64,000 bases of DNA from an uncultured Nitrospinota bacterium (GTDB lineage Bacteria; Tectomicrobia; Entotheonellia; J063; CAVPRW01): NCBI GenBank assembly GCA_963707985.1, contig CAVPRW010000033.1, positions 19,500-83,499 of the forward strand. The letters are read 5' to 3'. The translations under genes were made by a program, and so were the position numbers. The notes under the pieces are model-generated. The model worked only from the letters and a program-made list of their open reading frames with translations, was not told the origin of the DNA and made no database searches. Below, one piece after another: positions 8,901-18,304 of the stretch; positions within the stretch are counted from its first letter, which is position 1; the number at the start of each line of letters is the position of its first letter.

Positions 8901-10244
8901 GAGGTGCTCCTCGATCTGCAGCAGGCTGCCGACCTCGTTGACGTTCTCCAGCCCCTCGAAAATCGTCTCCAGCACGCTGCGCAACGGCTCATCCTCGGGG
9001 TGCACCTGTAAATAGCGCTGTGCGGCGTCGCGCGGCATCGAGGCGTTGGCGGCCACCAGGTTTACACGGCGGGGCGTGAAGTGCTGTGCCCGCTCCTTGG
9101 CTTTCAGGTAAAGGGCGACGGCGGCGATCTGCACAGAGCGCTCGTCGATATCGATGCCGTACAGGTTGCGCTCCAGGATGCTGTGGCAGATGTCGTCTGG
9201 CTCTGTAATGCGCTCCTCTTCCCGGTACATGTCCCACAGCAGGTCGAACGCATAGACCAGGAAGTGGCCGCTGCCGCAGGCGGGGTCGAGGAACGTGAGC
9301 TCAGCCACCGGCCGGACCTCGCTGGAGTGCCGCTCGGCATCTCGAACGAAATACCGCCATTGCTCGGAGAGCTGGGAGTCCGGATGCATCTCCGCCCACA
9401 GCGAGCCCAGCGAGTTCTCGCCCAGGAAGCGGACCATGTAGTCTTCGGTGTAGATACAAGTCGCCGGGATGATGTCCGCCCCCGTGATCTTCTGCCCCCG
9501 CGCCGCCGCCTCGAAGACCCGATCCTTTTCCTCGTCGTTCCAGTATTGGTAGAGCCAGCCGAGCAGGTCGGGCTCACGGAATACGTCATCGGTGAGGCCT
9601 TCGGCCCGGTCACCGGAGCGCTGTGTGAGGTCAACTGTTTCACCCGAGAGGGCGCGCACACACTTCTGGAGTGCATCCGGCGATGGGGCAACCAGGGTCA
9701 GCGGCGAGTCGGGATCGAAAAGCAGCGGCAGCTCTTTCGCCGATTCGGCGCAGACGTCTCGGAGAAAGGCGACCAACCCGCCGTCCTCGCCCTGGCACAA
9801 CTCAGGATACTGTCGGCAGAACCGATCGTGGCGCAGCGAGCGGCCAGCATAGTCCGGCTTGACCTTGATGCTTTCGTCGATGCCGGACACTCGTGTTTCC
9901 AGGCAGCGCAGGGCTATAAGGCGGTTGAACCAGGTATACGCAGCCTCGCGGATGTAGAGTGCGGTTGCCTCTTGCAACGCTTCGCGCGGCGCCTTGCGCT
10001 CGGCCTCGGGCAGCGCCGGAATCAGGGCCGAGATGGCGTTTTCCAGTCTATCCCGTAGCGTCAGCCCATCGTCCTTCAAATGCGGCAGACGATTGCGATC
10101 GAGCCAGTCGCGGTCGCGGAAGATACCGTAGCCGCGCAGCACGAGCTCAAGGTCACCTGGCACCCAGGTGCCGTCATCCCAGTAACCCTCGAGCAGATGC
10201 CGGAAGCCAAGGGTGCTCCGCTTCAGCGCACCGCAATCGCTCAT
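5967..10244 (-). CDS. pglX: BREX PglX adenine DNA methyltransferase
   Basis: AYTWFNRLIALR, FLDPACGSGHF (motif I), NPPY (motif IV), KRRPIAW and DINDGVRVN PglX-like C-terminal motifs; directly follows brxC. Confidence 0.92.
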   Translation of the reverse strand: MSDCGALKRSTLGFRHLLEGYWDDGTWVPGDLELVLRGYGIFRDRDWLDRNRLPHLKDDGLTLRDRLENAISALIPALPEAERKAPREALQEATALYIREAAYTWFNRLIALRCLETRVSGIDESIKVKPDYAGRSLRHDRFCRQYPELCQGEDGGLVAFLRDVCAESAKELPLLFDPDSPLTLVAPSPDALQKCVRALSGETVDLTQRSGDRAEGLTDDVFREPDLLGWLYQYWNDEEKDRVFEAAARGQKITGADIIPATCIYTEDYMVRFLGENSLGSLWAEMHPDSQLSEQWRYFVRDAERHSSEVRPVAELTFLDPACGSGHFLVYAFDLLWDMYREEERITEPDDICHSILERNLYGIDIDERSVQIAAVALYLKAKERAQHFTPRRVNLVAANASMPRDAAQRYLQVHPEDEPLRSVLETIFEGLENVNEVGSLLQIEEHLDRAIEELRKHEVRRANKQTEQLSLLPLLGLPEPGAQGRLDLDMLPPWQEWKQAVLARLHQQFAREADAKDLSTAIFGAEAEKGLDLIELLSRRYDVVATNPPYMGSKNMGQRLKAYVQRHYAAGKRDLYAAFIQRCLQLARHGGKVAMVTQQSWMFLRSFAELRKGVLEQQTIDCLAHLGPRAFEEISGEVVNVTLFVLAQAPPGPQHRLWAARLIGLGSAREKAAALVRAVQGNALAVVFHPPQERFLSIPHSPLSYWLRDRFFELLAGRVLGDVADVIQGLATTNDPCFVRLTWEVPPREWAYPVHSRRWVPFEKGGGYSKWFGHHFWVVNWENNGIRMKLVTIERYGNAGKRIYNEDYFFKAGYTYSSLARGSLGLRYLSNSLWGAVLADAVAVIPRVTIPAGLGAVLNARLASAAVRWVRPQMVLSASYVSRVPIPECIPSSITTLESACLAFKRWLVARNPVEQTFTTQLINGTSSLAKTFHHGIERGECVAAVLHALEGISEREVFNAYNVTGDDVATVFVETGTPAAWYPLLEGYNAIPPLPDGLDLPTLVLELLDRERCQGVSSDELAMLKARLRALYEAGWGVKPGAREAEDAENTDGEEEDETLALGAHIPIPAETFVENLSQKLEIHPISIYWLLKELREQDKIVCHSELQRNVKDYFTTMILHLLGHRWPKQIEANKPVPEWADPDGIIPLIDGTGERTLLDRVRERIVADFGEARVDAIEQEFRQIMGRSLADWLARDFFPHHVSQFKRRPIAWLLASGRAVDTRWEAASSRRGRPSTRTGGPAFACLVYYHKLTADTLTRIKTHYLRPVLQRREFELAEERRRAAEGNVAARAAAERLAGTVDELKAFEAALDTVNAEGFLSRRLEELLAREEPDQWARRMSKSAIPDKVAFLRQEQAYDPDINDGVRVNIAPLQKYRLLAADVLASIDIERAIEDRAVWRADERRWCREGKLPKPGWWPDRD

Positions 10245-13200
10245 CGCAATTCCACCTCGTCACCATCGGCTAACGCTGTGCGAACCACCGTATCGAGCCG
10301 GTCTCGCACCGCTTCCCAATCTGTCAGGTCGCGAATGCGTCGACTGTCGATGACCTCTGCGATCCTGACCGTCCGCACCCTGCGAACAACTGGCCTGTGT
10401 CCATCGTCCTCGGACGTCGCTTGCGACGTCAGGTGCTCGTCGATCTGCTGGACGAGTCGATCTTCCAAACGCTGTGCGGCGAGGGGCACATGGATCAGGG
10501 TGGCGAGCTCGCGTCGGCACTGGCTACAGCGGTACACGGTCTCCGGGGTCCAACCGCTTACCTCGCTGCAGACCTGCTGTTTGGCGCCCTCGATGATGCT
10601 GGATATGCCTGCATCAGAACCCGCACTGCGACCTGCCGCGTAGCTTTCGAGATGCGTGACGATGCAGCGATAGATGTCGTCTGCTTCCTGATGTAAACGA
10701 CTATAGAGATCCCGAAGGTCGCTCAATGCCGCGACGAGGAGCCCGTGCACTTGTGGCCAATGATCCAAGAGTTCTCTGTCACGGCTACGGCCGTCGTACT
10801 CGGCTAGCGCCGTGCGCATCGCATCCGTGGCCAGCCCTTCGGCGACGGCTGCTTGTAACGCACCTAACACAGACTGGGCGCGCTCATACTCGTCGCGCCG
10901 TTGGGAGGAGAAGAACTCATGCAGTTTGTCCGCCAGCCTCACCCGCTCGCATACGTCGTCCAACCCCGCCAGAAATTGGCGGATGCTGGTGTTCGGTCGG
11001 CGTTCCTCGATGAGCTCTTCAAAGCTGCCTGCGGCCAAGGCGCAGGCCGACGGCACTGGGAACCCGGTGAGCCGCACCCACTCGGCCATAGCATGCAACA
11101 AGGCCAGGCGGTCGTGAAGCTGCTTCTGAAGCGCTTCGGCCAGGGCGGCCGGCGTCTCCTCAGGACGCACCCCGAAGAGCACGTGGAGCTGCTCGCGGGC
11201 GCGCATGCGCTCCTCAACTGAAAGCTCGATATCGGTTTCCAAGTGAAGCTCGGCGCGCTCGAATCTCCGGCTATCAAGAAAGGCCCGCTTCGCCTCCGCC
11301 TCCCTCGAATCGCGGAAATCCTTCTTGTCGAGCGTGAGCACGAGCGCCCCGGCGCGGAAGAGGGCGGCTGCGCACAGTCGGGCGATGTTGGAGTCCCAGC
11401 CGTAGGGGATACCCTCGTAGCGCTCCACCAGCAGCTTACCGGTCACAACGTTGCCCCGACGCGCCTCGGCTTCCAGATAGGCGTAGATGTCGTCAAGGGC
11501 ACGCGAGGCACGGTTGAGCGCACCCTGCTTATCAAAGAGCGCCAGCGGTGCTTCTACCTGGTGCAAGCGCGATGGCGCGGAGATCAGGATCGCCTCGATG
11601 GCCTTGCGCTCGTCGGCGACGACGTGTTTGGCCTTCTGGAAGTGAACGTAGACCTTGGGGATGATGGCCGACAGCTCAGCGCTGAAGAGCCGACTCAGTC
11701 GATTCTCGCGCTGGTCGACGGCGTGGGCATTACCGCGGAAGATGAATTGACCTTGCCGAAAGCCATTCTTAAGTTCTTTGACGAGCTCGGGCTTGAGGCT
11801 CTCGTCGAGGTCTCGCCGCTTCTCCCGGACGATGCCCTCCATTTCCGTGCTCTTCGTGGTGTCGGCCTCGTAGCGCTTGACCACTCGCTCCAGCCGCTCG
11901 ACTCGATCAAGCAGCCGTTCGATCTCGCTCGACGGCGGCGCCAGCCAGTAGAGGGTGTTGGGTGTCGCCAGGCTTTCGGCTTCGAGGTCTTCGACGCGGA
12001 TGCCGTCCAGCAGCGCCTTCAGCGGCGAGATCATGCGGACCTCGATGCCGCCGCTGGAGACCACGACCTGGTCGTCGCAGAGGACCCGGACATCGAAGCG
12101 ATACGCGTCCTCGTAGCGGACGAACCCGACTTCAAGGTTGGCGGCGGTCAGAAATTCTTTCAGCTTGTCGCGCTTGTGAGCCGTACGGACGTCCTCGTCG
12201 GCGATCTCCTCTTCGATTCGTTTGCGCTCACCTGAAAGGTATTCGTACTGCTCTCCCGTCTTCGCGACATAGCGCGCCCCGATGAGCTGCTGCAGGCCGG
12301 CTTCAACCTGGCTGCGCAAGGCAGGGAAGTCCACCTCGACCCCAGACACCAGTAGGCGGGCGAGGTTGTCGAGCGTGCGCGGCGCGTACGTCACGTGTTG
12401 CAGAAGGTAGAGCACCCGGAGGATGCGTGCCAAGGGGAGAACCTGGTCCGGTACCCGTTCGACAACGCTGCTCAGCTCGCGCCGCACCTCGCTTGGGATC
12501 TCCGAATCCTCGATCTCGGCATAGATCTCGTCCAAGGATACCAGGCGGCCGACTTCGGCCTGTGCGTAGCCTTGATGCTTGAGGATTCCCTGGGTGATCC
12601 CGAGCAGGGACCGGTGGGCGCCGGTCAGAGCCTCGCCCCGGCCGCCGGCCACCCGCAGGCCATGCAGCGCGTCCGGGATGAGCATGAGCTGGTACGGTAC
12701 GAACGGGTAGCAGGCGATGAACTTGCCCTCGTCGCAGGCCGGGAGGGCACGGTCCACCTTGACCAACTCTCCCACATCTTTCAGGATGCCGCCCCGTTGC
12801 CGGTAGAGTTCGCGGAGCTCGTCTTCCCCAGCCTTCGCTTTCTTGAAGAGTCGCTCCTCGAGCACCTGCTCGATGTTCTCCGTCGTCAGCGTGTATCGCT
12901 TGGCGAAACGACCTTCGAGTTTTTTAATATCGCCCCGGAACTCGCGCGCGTTCTTGACGACATCGTGCATCGCTTCGTGACTCGTCACCGCAAGCCATAT
13001 CCTGCCTTTGCCGTGGGTGGCGATCTCCTCGGCGAACGACTGGACGTCGAGGATGCGCGGCCCGCTGTCGGCCACGAACTGGCCTAACTCATCGATGATG
13101 AAGAGCAGCCGTACCTCCCGATCGCGGTGCTGCGCCTGCTGGCGGGCCACATAGGCCACAAGATCCTTTGCCAACTGCTGGAAGGTGGGCTGAACACTGG

Positions 13201-13900
13201 TTCGGTCATAGGCATCCTGCGCCGCTGCGGCATTCTTGAAGCGATCCGGCAGCGTCCGGGCCAGGGCCGCGAAGATCTCGTCCCAGTAGAGCATCGGCCG
13301 TTGGCGGATGTCTTCCCATGGCTTTCCCGCCAATTCGTGCACCGCCTGGCGGTAGACGTCGACGGCACCACGCTCGATCAGCGGCTCCTCGATCAGTAAG
13401 GCAATTTTCACATCTGTTGACAGGCCACGATGGGCCAGGAACTGGCGGTAGAGGATATTGCAGATGTCGTCCTGCTGCCCTTTGATCGCCACCGCATCGA
13501 TCTGGAACCCGATGACCTCGGTGTGCAGGAAGGTGGCTACTTCATAGAGGTGGCGCTCAATCTCTCGCGCCTGTCGACAGGTGGCGAGGCGGGGACGGAA
13601 GCGGTCGATCGCCGAGCGGCCCACGACCTGCGGGTTGCCCGTCAGCAGGCCAAGCAGCTTGGCAAAGTGCGATTTCCCCGACCCCACATAGCCGGAAATC
13701 CACACGCCCACCCGGTCCGTCTGCTTCTGGCGCGTCTCGGTGTAGTGGTCGAGAAAGTCCAGGAGACCTTTCTCGATGATATCGGTGACGACGTAATCCT
13801 CCAACTCATTCTGCAGCTCGGCCTCGGTGTAATCGGCGACCTTGATGACGGGGTTGATATCGCGCCCGATGTCGGCCAGAAACAGTGGTCCCACCTTCAT
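10241..13900 (-). CDS. brxC: BREX P-loop ATPase BrxC
   Basis: DIGRDINPVIKV...YVVTD, Walker A WISGYVGSGKSH, Walker B IIDELGQF, YPFVPYQ; 1219 aa; GGAG RBS. Confidence 0.92.
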   Translation of the reverse strand: MKVGPLFLADIGRDINPVIKVADYTEAELQNELEDYVVTDIIEKGLLDFLDHYTETRQKQTDRVGVWISGYVGSGKSHFAKLLGLLTGNPQVVGRSAIDRFRPRLATCRQAREIERHLYEVATFLHTEVIGFQIDAVAIKGQQDDICNILYRQFLAHRGLSTDVKIALLIEEPLIERGAVDVYRQAVHELAGKPWEDIRQRPMLYWDEIFAALARTLPDRFKNAAAAQDAYDRTSVQPTFQQLAKDLVAYVARQQAQHRDREVRLLFIIDELGQFVADSGPRILDVQSFAEEIATHGKGRIWLAVTSHEAMHDVVKNAREFRGDIKKLEGRFAKRYTLTTENIEQVLEERLFKKAKAGEDELRELYRQRGGILKDVGELVKVDRALPACDEGKFIACYPFVPYQLMLIPDALHGLRVAGGRGEALTGAHRSLLGITQGILKHQGYAQAEVGRLVSLDEIYAEIEDSEIPSEVRRELSSVVERVPDQVLPLARILRVLYLLQHVTYAPRTLDNLARLLVSGVEVDFPALRSQVEAGLQQLIGARYVAKTGEQYEYLSGERKRIEEEIADEDVRTAHKRDKLKEFLTAANLEVGFVRYEDAYRFDVRVLCDDQVVVSSGGIEVRMISPLKALLDGIRVEDLEAESLATPNTLYWLAPPSSEIERLLDRVERLERVVKRYEADTTKSTEMEGIVREKRRDLDESLKPELVKELKNGFRQGQFIFRGNAHAVDQRENRLSRLFSAELSAIIPKVYVHFQKAKHVVADERKAIEAILISAPSRLHQVEAPLALFDKQGALNRASRALDDIYAYLEAEARRGNVVTGKLLVERYEGIPYGWDSNIARLCAAALFRAGALVLTLDKKDFRDSREAEAKRAFLDSRRFERAELHLETDIELSVEERMRAREQLHVLFGVRPEETPAALAEALQKQLHDRLALLHAMAEWVRLTGFPVPSACALAAGSFEELIEERRPNTSIRQFLAGLDDVCERVRLADKLHEFFSSQRRDEYERAQSVLGALQAAVAEGLATDAMRTALAEYDGRSRDRELLDHWPQVHGLLVAALSDLRDLYSRLHQEADDIYRCIVTHLESYAAGRSAGSDAGISSIIEGAKQQVCSEVSGWTPETVYRCSQCRRELATLIHVPLAAQRLEDRLVQQIDEHLTSQATSEDDGHRPVVRRVRTVRIAEVIDSRRIRDLTDWEAVRDRLDTVVRTALADGDEVELR

Positions 13901-13926
13901 CGCGGTTTCTCCAGGAGTGCTTCCGC

Positions 13927-14484
13927 TTAGAGATATGTTCCCCGGTAGCGGCGCGCCTTCTCACTGCCGAGGAAGAGGTAATCACCACCGTTGTCATCTT
14001 CCCCTGGCACCAGAAACACAACCGGCACGTGCACGTGTCGTCCTGCCAGGCGCTCCTGGATAATCGGCGGCAGGATGAACGGATGGAGCGCTCCCATACG
14101 TGTGAACACGATCACTCCCGATCCGGTCATCTGCTGTTGAGCGGTGATCACCCGCTCCACCAGCGCCTCGGCCAGCGGCTCGCCGATACCGAACTCTTGC
14201 AGAGATCCGGGCTGACGCTTCTCCGCCCGGATGGCGCGCTGGAGCTCCCCAGTGTGGTGCAGGTAGTCGAGCAAGACCTGATTACAGTCGATCACCTCAA
14301 CCTGCCGGCCTTCGGCTCGAAGCTTGGCCACGAGCGAGCTCATCTCACGGCGAACTCGTAGCTCCTCGCCTGGTGGATAGAGCATGAGCAGAAACGGCAC
14401 GCCAACACCGCGCCCGATGTGCTCATGGCCGGTCAGCAATCGATGCTCAAGTTCGGAGAGTTTCTTGTCCAAGGCGTCGGGCAT
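13927..14484 (-). CDS. brxB: BREX BrxB (DUF1788-like)
   Basis: YPPGEE, GALHPF, PVVFLVPG and C-terminal YR motifs; lies between brxA and brxC; ATG 14484 chosen as start. Confidence 0.8.
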   Translation of the reverse strand: MPDALDKKLSELEHRLLTGHEHIGRGVGVPFLLMLYPPGEELRVRREMSSLVAKLRAEGRQVEVIDCNQVLLDYLHHTGELQRAIRAEKRQPGSLQEFGIGEPLAEALVERVITAQQQMTGSGVIVFTRMGALHPFILPPIIQERLAGRHVHVPVVFLVPGEDDNGGDYLFLGSEKARRYRGTYL

Positions 14485-15337
14485 AGGCGTCGAAGGGCTC
14501 TTCCCCCAGGTCCAACACAGCGATGTCCCCACTCCATTCAAAGCGAAGCACACCGCTTTGGCTCAGCTTTGCCAGACGGGCACCGACCTCTTGCCGTGTG
14601 AGGCCCCACAGCCGGAAGTCCGGCGCTTCGAGGATTCCTTTAGCTGACTTTCCTTCGGCCGAGAGGAACTTGCACACGTACACCAGGAGTTCGTCCGCCA
14701 GCGGGGGCTGCACTAGTCGCTTCTTCGAGCCACCGGCAAGGCGGCCAAAGTCACGCAAGGCAGAGAGCACGCTGCTGGCAAGCTTCTGCAGTGTTCTTCC
14801 TGACCAGCCATCCACCTCTGGATGTGCAGCGATCCCCGCCCTGATGTAAGACTCCACCTCCGCCACGTTGATGATGCCTCTGCCCTGTTGCTGGAGGGTC
14901 CACAGGAGGTCAGTGGCGATGTCAAACGTCAATCGGTCCGCCAGGCAGAAGTGGAAATACAGTGCACCCCGCAAGACGGGATCATCGGCTCCCAGACACG
15001 ACAGGGCTGCAAGCGCGCTGGCCAGCGCACTCTCAGGCGGTGTCAGGAAGCGCCAGGAGATCAGGCTCCAATATCGGCGGCGAGCTTCCCTGGTACGCTT
15101 GCCGAGGAGATCTTTTTCCCGGATGGCTTGCTGAAGCTCATCCAGGGAATGCCCAGCATCTAGAAACTGCAGACATTTCACGGACTCAAGGAGTAGGGCA
15201 CCCTTGGAGGAGTTCCGCGAACTCCACCGCACCAGTTCACGTCCCAGAGGTGAACGGTCTGAAGCGGATAGCGCCACATCATCTGAGCTACCTTCAGCCG
15301 GGAGTGATTGCACCGTCTGAGTGTCTGCCGACGTCAT
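14447..15337 (-). CDS. brxA: BREX BrxA (DUF1819-like)
   Basis: KGALLLES, WSGRTLQKLASSVLSALRDFGRL pattern; position upstream of brxB. Confidence 0.82.
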   Translation of the reverse strand: MTSADTQTVQSLPAEGSSDDVALSASDRSPLGRELVRWSSRNSSKGALLLESVKCLQFLDAGHSLDELQQAIREKDLLGKRTREARRRYWSLISWRFLTPPESALASALAALSCLGADDPVLRGALYFHFCLADRLTFDIATDLLWTLQQQGRGIINVAEVESYIRAGIAAHPEVDGWSGRTLQKLASSVLSALRDFGRLAGGSKKRLVQPPLADELLVYVCKFLSAEGKSAKGILEAPDFRLWGLTRQEVGARLAKLSQSGVLRFEWSGDIAVLDLGEEPFDAYARRLGQETLRT

Positions 15338-15585
15338 GACTCGCCTCTGCCCATCTCATTCACTGTCATGCCTTGATCGATGTCGCTTCCTCCCTTTAGA
15401 GCGTCGCCACTGACTGGGATCAGCAGTGCTTCGACGTCCTCCACCTTGATGCGAATGACTTTCTCACCAGCAACCCGGTATGCCTTCAGCTTGCCCTCGG
15501 TGATATAGCGGTGAATGGTTCGCTTCGAGAGCGCGAGAAGCGTCGCCGTTTCTCTAATCGTCAAATACGGACGCGGTGAATTCAT
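15334..15585 (-). CDS. Excisionase-family helix-turn-helix DNA-binding protein
   Basis: YLTIRETATLLALSKRTIHRYITEGKLKAYRV...IRIKVEDV (HTH_17-like); ATGA overlap with brxA. Confidence 0.85.
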   Translation of the reverse strand: MNSPRPYLTIRETATLLALSKRTIHRYITEGKLKAYRVAGEKVIRIKVEDVEALLIPVSGDALKGGSDIDQGMTVNEMGRGES

Positions 15586-15624
15586 GGCTGCTCCAGCGAT
15601 ACGAAAGCTAAATGAGACGCACCC

Positions 15625-15653
15625 ATATTATACTAGCCGTTCACAGATGGCAA
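15625..15653 (-). promoter_or_regulatory. Candidate sigma70 promoter of the BREX operon
   Basis: Minus strand TTGCCA-N17-TAATAT (overlapping a perfect TATAAT at 15-nt spacing), 40 nt upstream of the HTH gene. Confidence 0.55.
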
Positions 15654-15915
15654 CGTAGTTCATCATACTGCAGCCTATGTCTAGAGCAGGGCTCGTACAG
15701 GCATATGACTGCTACCACAGCGTATAATCTGAGAAGGTCCGGATTCTCAGAAGCTGATCGGAGCATGTGCATGAAGTGGGGGTCAGGAGATGACCGGGCC
15801 GCGGAAATCTTTGACTTGGGCCAAGGATTCGGCAACAGAGATAAGCGGCCAGGGCAGTAGTTCCAAGCAACCGTGGAAAGGCTACGGCGGCTCGTGGCAC
15901 ACTGCGGTCGCTTTT

Positions 15916-18198
15916 TTAGGCCAGGCCGGCGCGGCGACGCACGAACCACTCGAGGCCAAAGAGCCCCACCAAGACGAGAAAAGCGCTCGGCGTGTGGCGC
16001 AACTGGAGGGCGCGCTCTTCGACAATCTTGTATTGCAGATCACGCTTCAGGATATCTCGTAAGACGGCGCCGAAATCGGCGTCGACTGCCGACGCTGCGA
16101 AAAACTGTCCACCACTGGCCCCTGCAAGTTGCCGTAGCATCTCATGATCGGGTGCCCCATGCAGAGACTCGGCGGTGGGCGAGGTCACATCATAGATCAG
16201 CACGTCCTCCCCCAAGTGCCTGTCGGCCAGTCGCGCGTCCACCTCTACACGAAAAGCGCCAAGCTGCTCGGCTTTGAGGCTGGCTTGAAATTCCCCTGGC
16301 TCATCCGTTGGTACGGTATTGACGCGTGTCATCTGCCCGAGTGGATCGCGAACGGTGAGGTTCAGCACAGCACCAGGTGCTGGCGAAAAATCATGGTCAA
16401 GGACTCTCACGCGCAGGGCCACCGCATCGCCGACTTGATAGGTCTCCTTATCGGAGAACAGCTGCACGGGACGCAGGCCAGGCTCCTTGACCAACCAGCG
16501 CACCATCTGGTGCACCATGTTCAGGTAATGATGATTTCCGCCCTGGGCGCCAACCATCTCGAAATTCCAGCGCCACAACTGGTCGCTTAAGAACGCCAGG
16601 GTTCTCCCCTCACCATATTGCATGGCCGCCATCAGCGGCAGTCGATTGAACTGCCCATCGGATGTCACACCCAGGGTAACGGCATCTGGTTTCGGACGAC
16701 GTGCTTGGTTAAAGCCGCGTAGAGGAGGCATTTCTTGCCAAATGCGTTGGGTATCCTCGGTGCTGGACGCCAGTTTCGTAATGGGATGTTGTAACCCCTC
16801 CGGCGTGAGCTCCATTTTGACACGTGCATGCACATAGCCTTGTCCTGCCCGGTCCAGGGCGATGGGAAGAATTTCCTCGATGGGCGTATTGGCAAACCCC
16901 CCGAGATCGAATGATTGGTCGCCGCCAAACATCACGAATGCCCCACCGTCGGTCACGAACTTGCGGATATTCTCCAGGTAGAGCATCGGGAAATAGAGCA
17001 GATAGGAGAAATTGTCAAAGATCAGCAGGTCGAAATTTCCAAGCTCTTCCGTAAACAGGCGATTCGTCGGAAAGGGGATGAGACTCAGTTGGTCATCCGG
17101 GACATTCACGATATCCGTCGGGGTGCGGAGGATGATGAAGGAGATGAGGTCGACGCTCGGATCGGACTTCAAGGCGCGCCGGAGGAAGCGATAATTCCAA
17201 CTCGGTCGACCTGAGACCACCAGCACCCGAATCTTGTCGCGCCGTACCTGGAGTTGAAAATCGCGCTGGTTGTTCGTACGCAGCACTTCGCCCACCTGCA
17301 CCGGTGTTTCGACGGATAAGCGATAGCGTCCCACTTCCTTAGGGGTCATGGTAAACGTCACCCGCCGCGTGCCGCGATCTGCATCGAGTACCACGCTGCT
17401 GGTCGACAGAATGCGCCCCTCCTGCTTCAGGACCAGCGGGATGACCTGACCTTTATAACCCCAGCTCTTGACCGTGACCTCGATATCCACGGAGCTATGC
17501 AGAAAAGCGAAGTTCGGCGCCTCGATCGCGGCAATTTGGATATCGCGGTAGCGCTCGGGATCGCCCAAGCCTATGGTGACCACCGGGGTGCCTCCATGGC
17601 GTACGGCGTCCACTTCAGCGCTACCAGCGGTGACGATGCCATCGCTCATCACCACGATCCCAGCCAGCGGCGTGCCCTGGTATTCCTGCTCTACATCCAG
17701 CACGCTTTGCACAATGTCCGTCGCGCGTCCATCGGGCGTGAGCGCGGCCAAGTCCTCATGACTGACGGCATGAGCGTGCTCATCAAAGCGATACAAGCGC
17801 AGGTCAAAATCTCGAGCCAGCGATTCCATGAGCGGGCGACTGCCCTGGAGCAAGACGTTCTTCCCCTGTTGTAGACGGGTACTGTCCTTGCTATCTGGCA
17901 CGGGTAGGCTCGTGCTTTCCGAACTATCAACCAACACCGCCAGCGGGACCATGATTTTCTGCAATGTTTGCAGCAAAACCGTCGGATTGGTCAGGAAGGC
18001 GACGATGAGCACAAATGCCAGCAAGCGCAGCCCGGTCACAGTGAGCGCGACCCATGTCGGGGCCTTGCCGCGTAGATACCATATTTGGTACCCGAGGTAG
18101 GCTCCCAACAGCAGCCCAATCAGGACGAGCTGCCACACTGGAAGGCCATTGGCAAAGGTAAACCGCAACTGCGTTGTCAACTCCGGCACAGCGATCAA
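15916..18198 (-). CDS. Membrane protein with vWA-like and glutamine-amidotransferase-like domains
   Basis: N-terminal TM helices, VLVDSSES and VVMSDG vWA-type motifs, SGRPSWNYRFLRR, SFIILRTP, LSLIPFP, C-terminal EWFVRRRAGL; GTG 18189 is an alternative start. Confidence 0.8.
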   Translation of the reverse strand: MIAVPELTTQLRFTFANGLPVWQLVLIGLLLGAYLGYQIWYLRGKAPTWVALTVTGLRLLAFVLIVAFLTNPTVLLQTLQKIMVPLAVLVDSSESTSLPVPDSKDSTRLQQGKNVLLQGSRPLMESLARDFDLRLYRFDEHAHAVSHEDLAALTPDGRATDIVQSVLDVEQEYQGTPLAGIVVMSDGIVTAGSAEVDAVRHGGTPVVTIGLGDPERYRDIQIAAIEAPNFAFLHSSVDIEVTVKSWGYKGQVIPLVLKQEGRILSTSSVVLDADRGTRRVTFTMTPKEVGRYRLSVETPVQVGEVLRTNNQRDFQLQVRRDKIRVLVVSGRPSWNYRFLRRALKSDPSVDLISFIILRTPTDIVNVPDDQLSLIPFPTNRLFTEELGNFDLLIFDNFSYLLYFPMLYLENIRKFVTDGGAFVMFGGDQSFDLGGFANTPIEEILPIALDRAGQGYVHARVKMELTPEGLQHPITKLASSTEDTQRIWQEMPPLRGFNQARRPKPDAVTLGVTSDGQFNRLPLMAAMQYGEGRTLAFLSDQLWRWNFEMVGAQGGNHHYLNMVHQMVRWLVKEPGLRPVQLFSDKETYQVGDAVALRVRVLDHDFSPAPGAVLNLTVRDPLGQMTRVNTVPTDEPGEFQASLKAEQLGAFRVEVDARLADRHLGEDVLIYDVTSPTAESLHGAPDHEMLRQLAGASGGQFFAASAVDADFGAVLRDILKRDLQYKIVEERALQLRHTPSAFLVLVGLFGLEWFVRRRAGLA

Positions 18199-18304
18199 CT
18201 CCTATAATGGCTAGCAAGCCATCGCGGAAAACAGTGTTGGGTGTGGAGAGCTGAGCATTCAATGGACCGCAACGATTGATGAACCAGAGCTCAGGACTGG
18301 GTTT

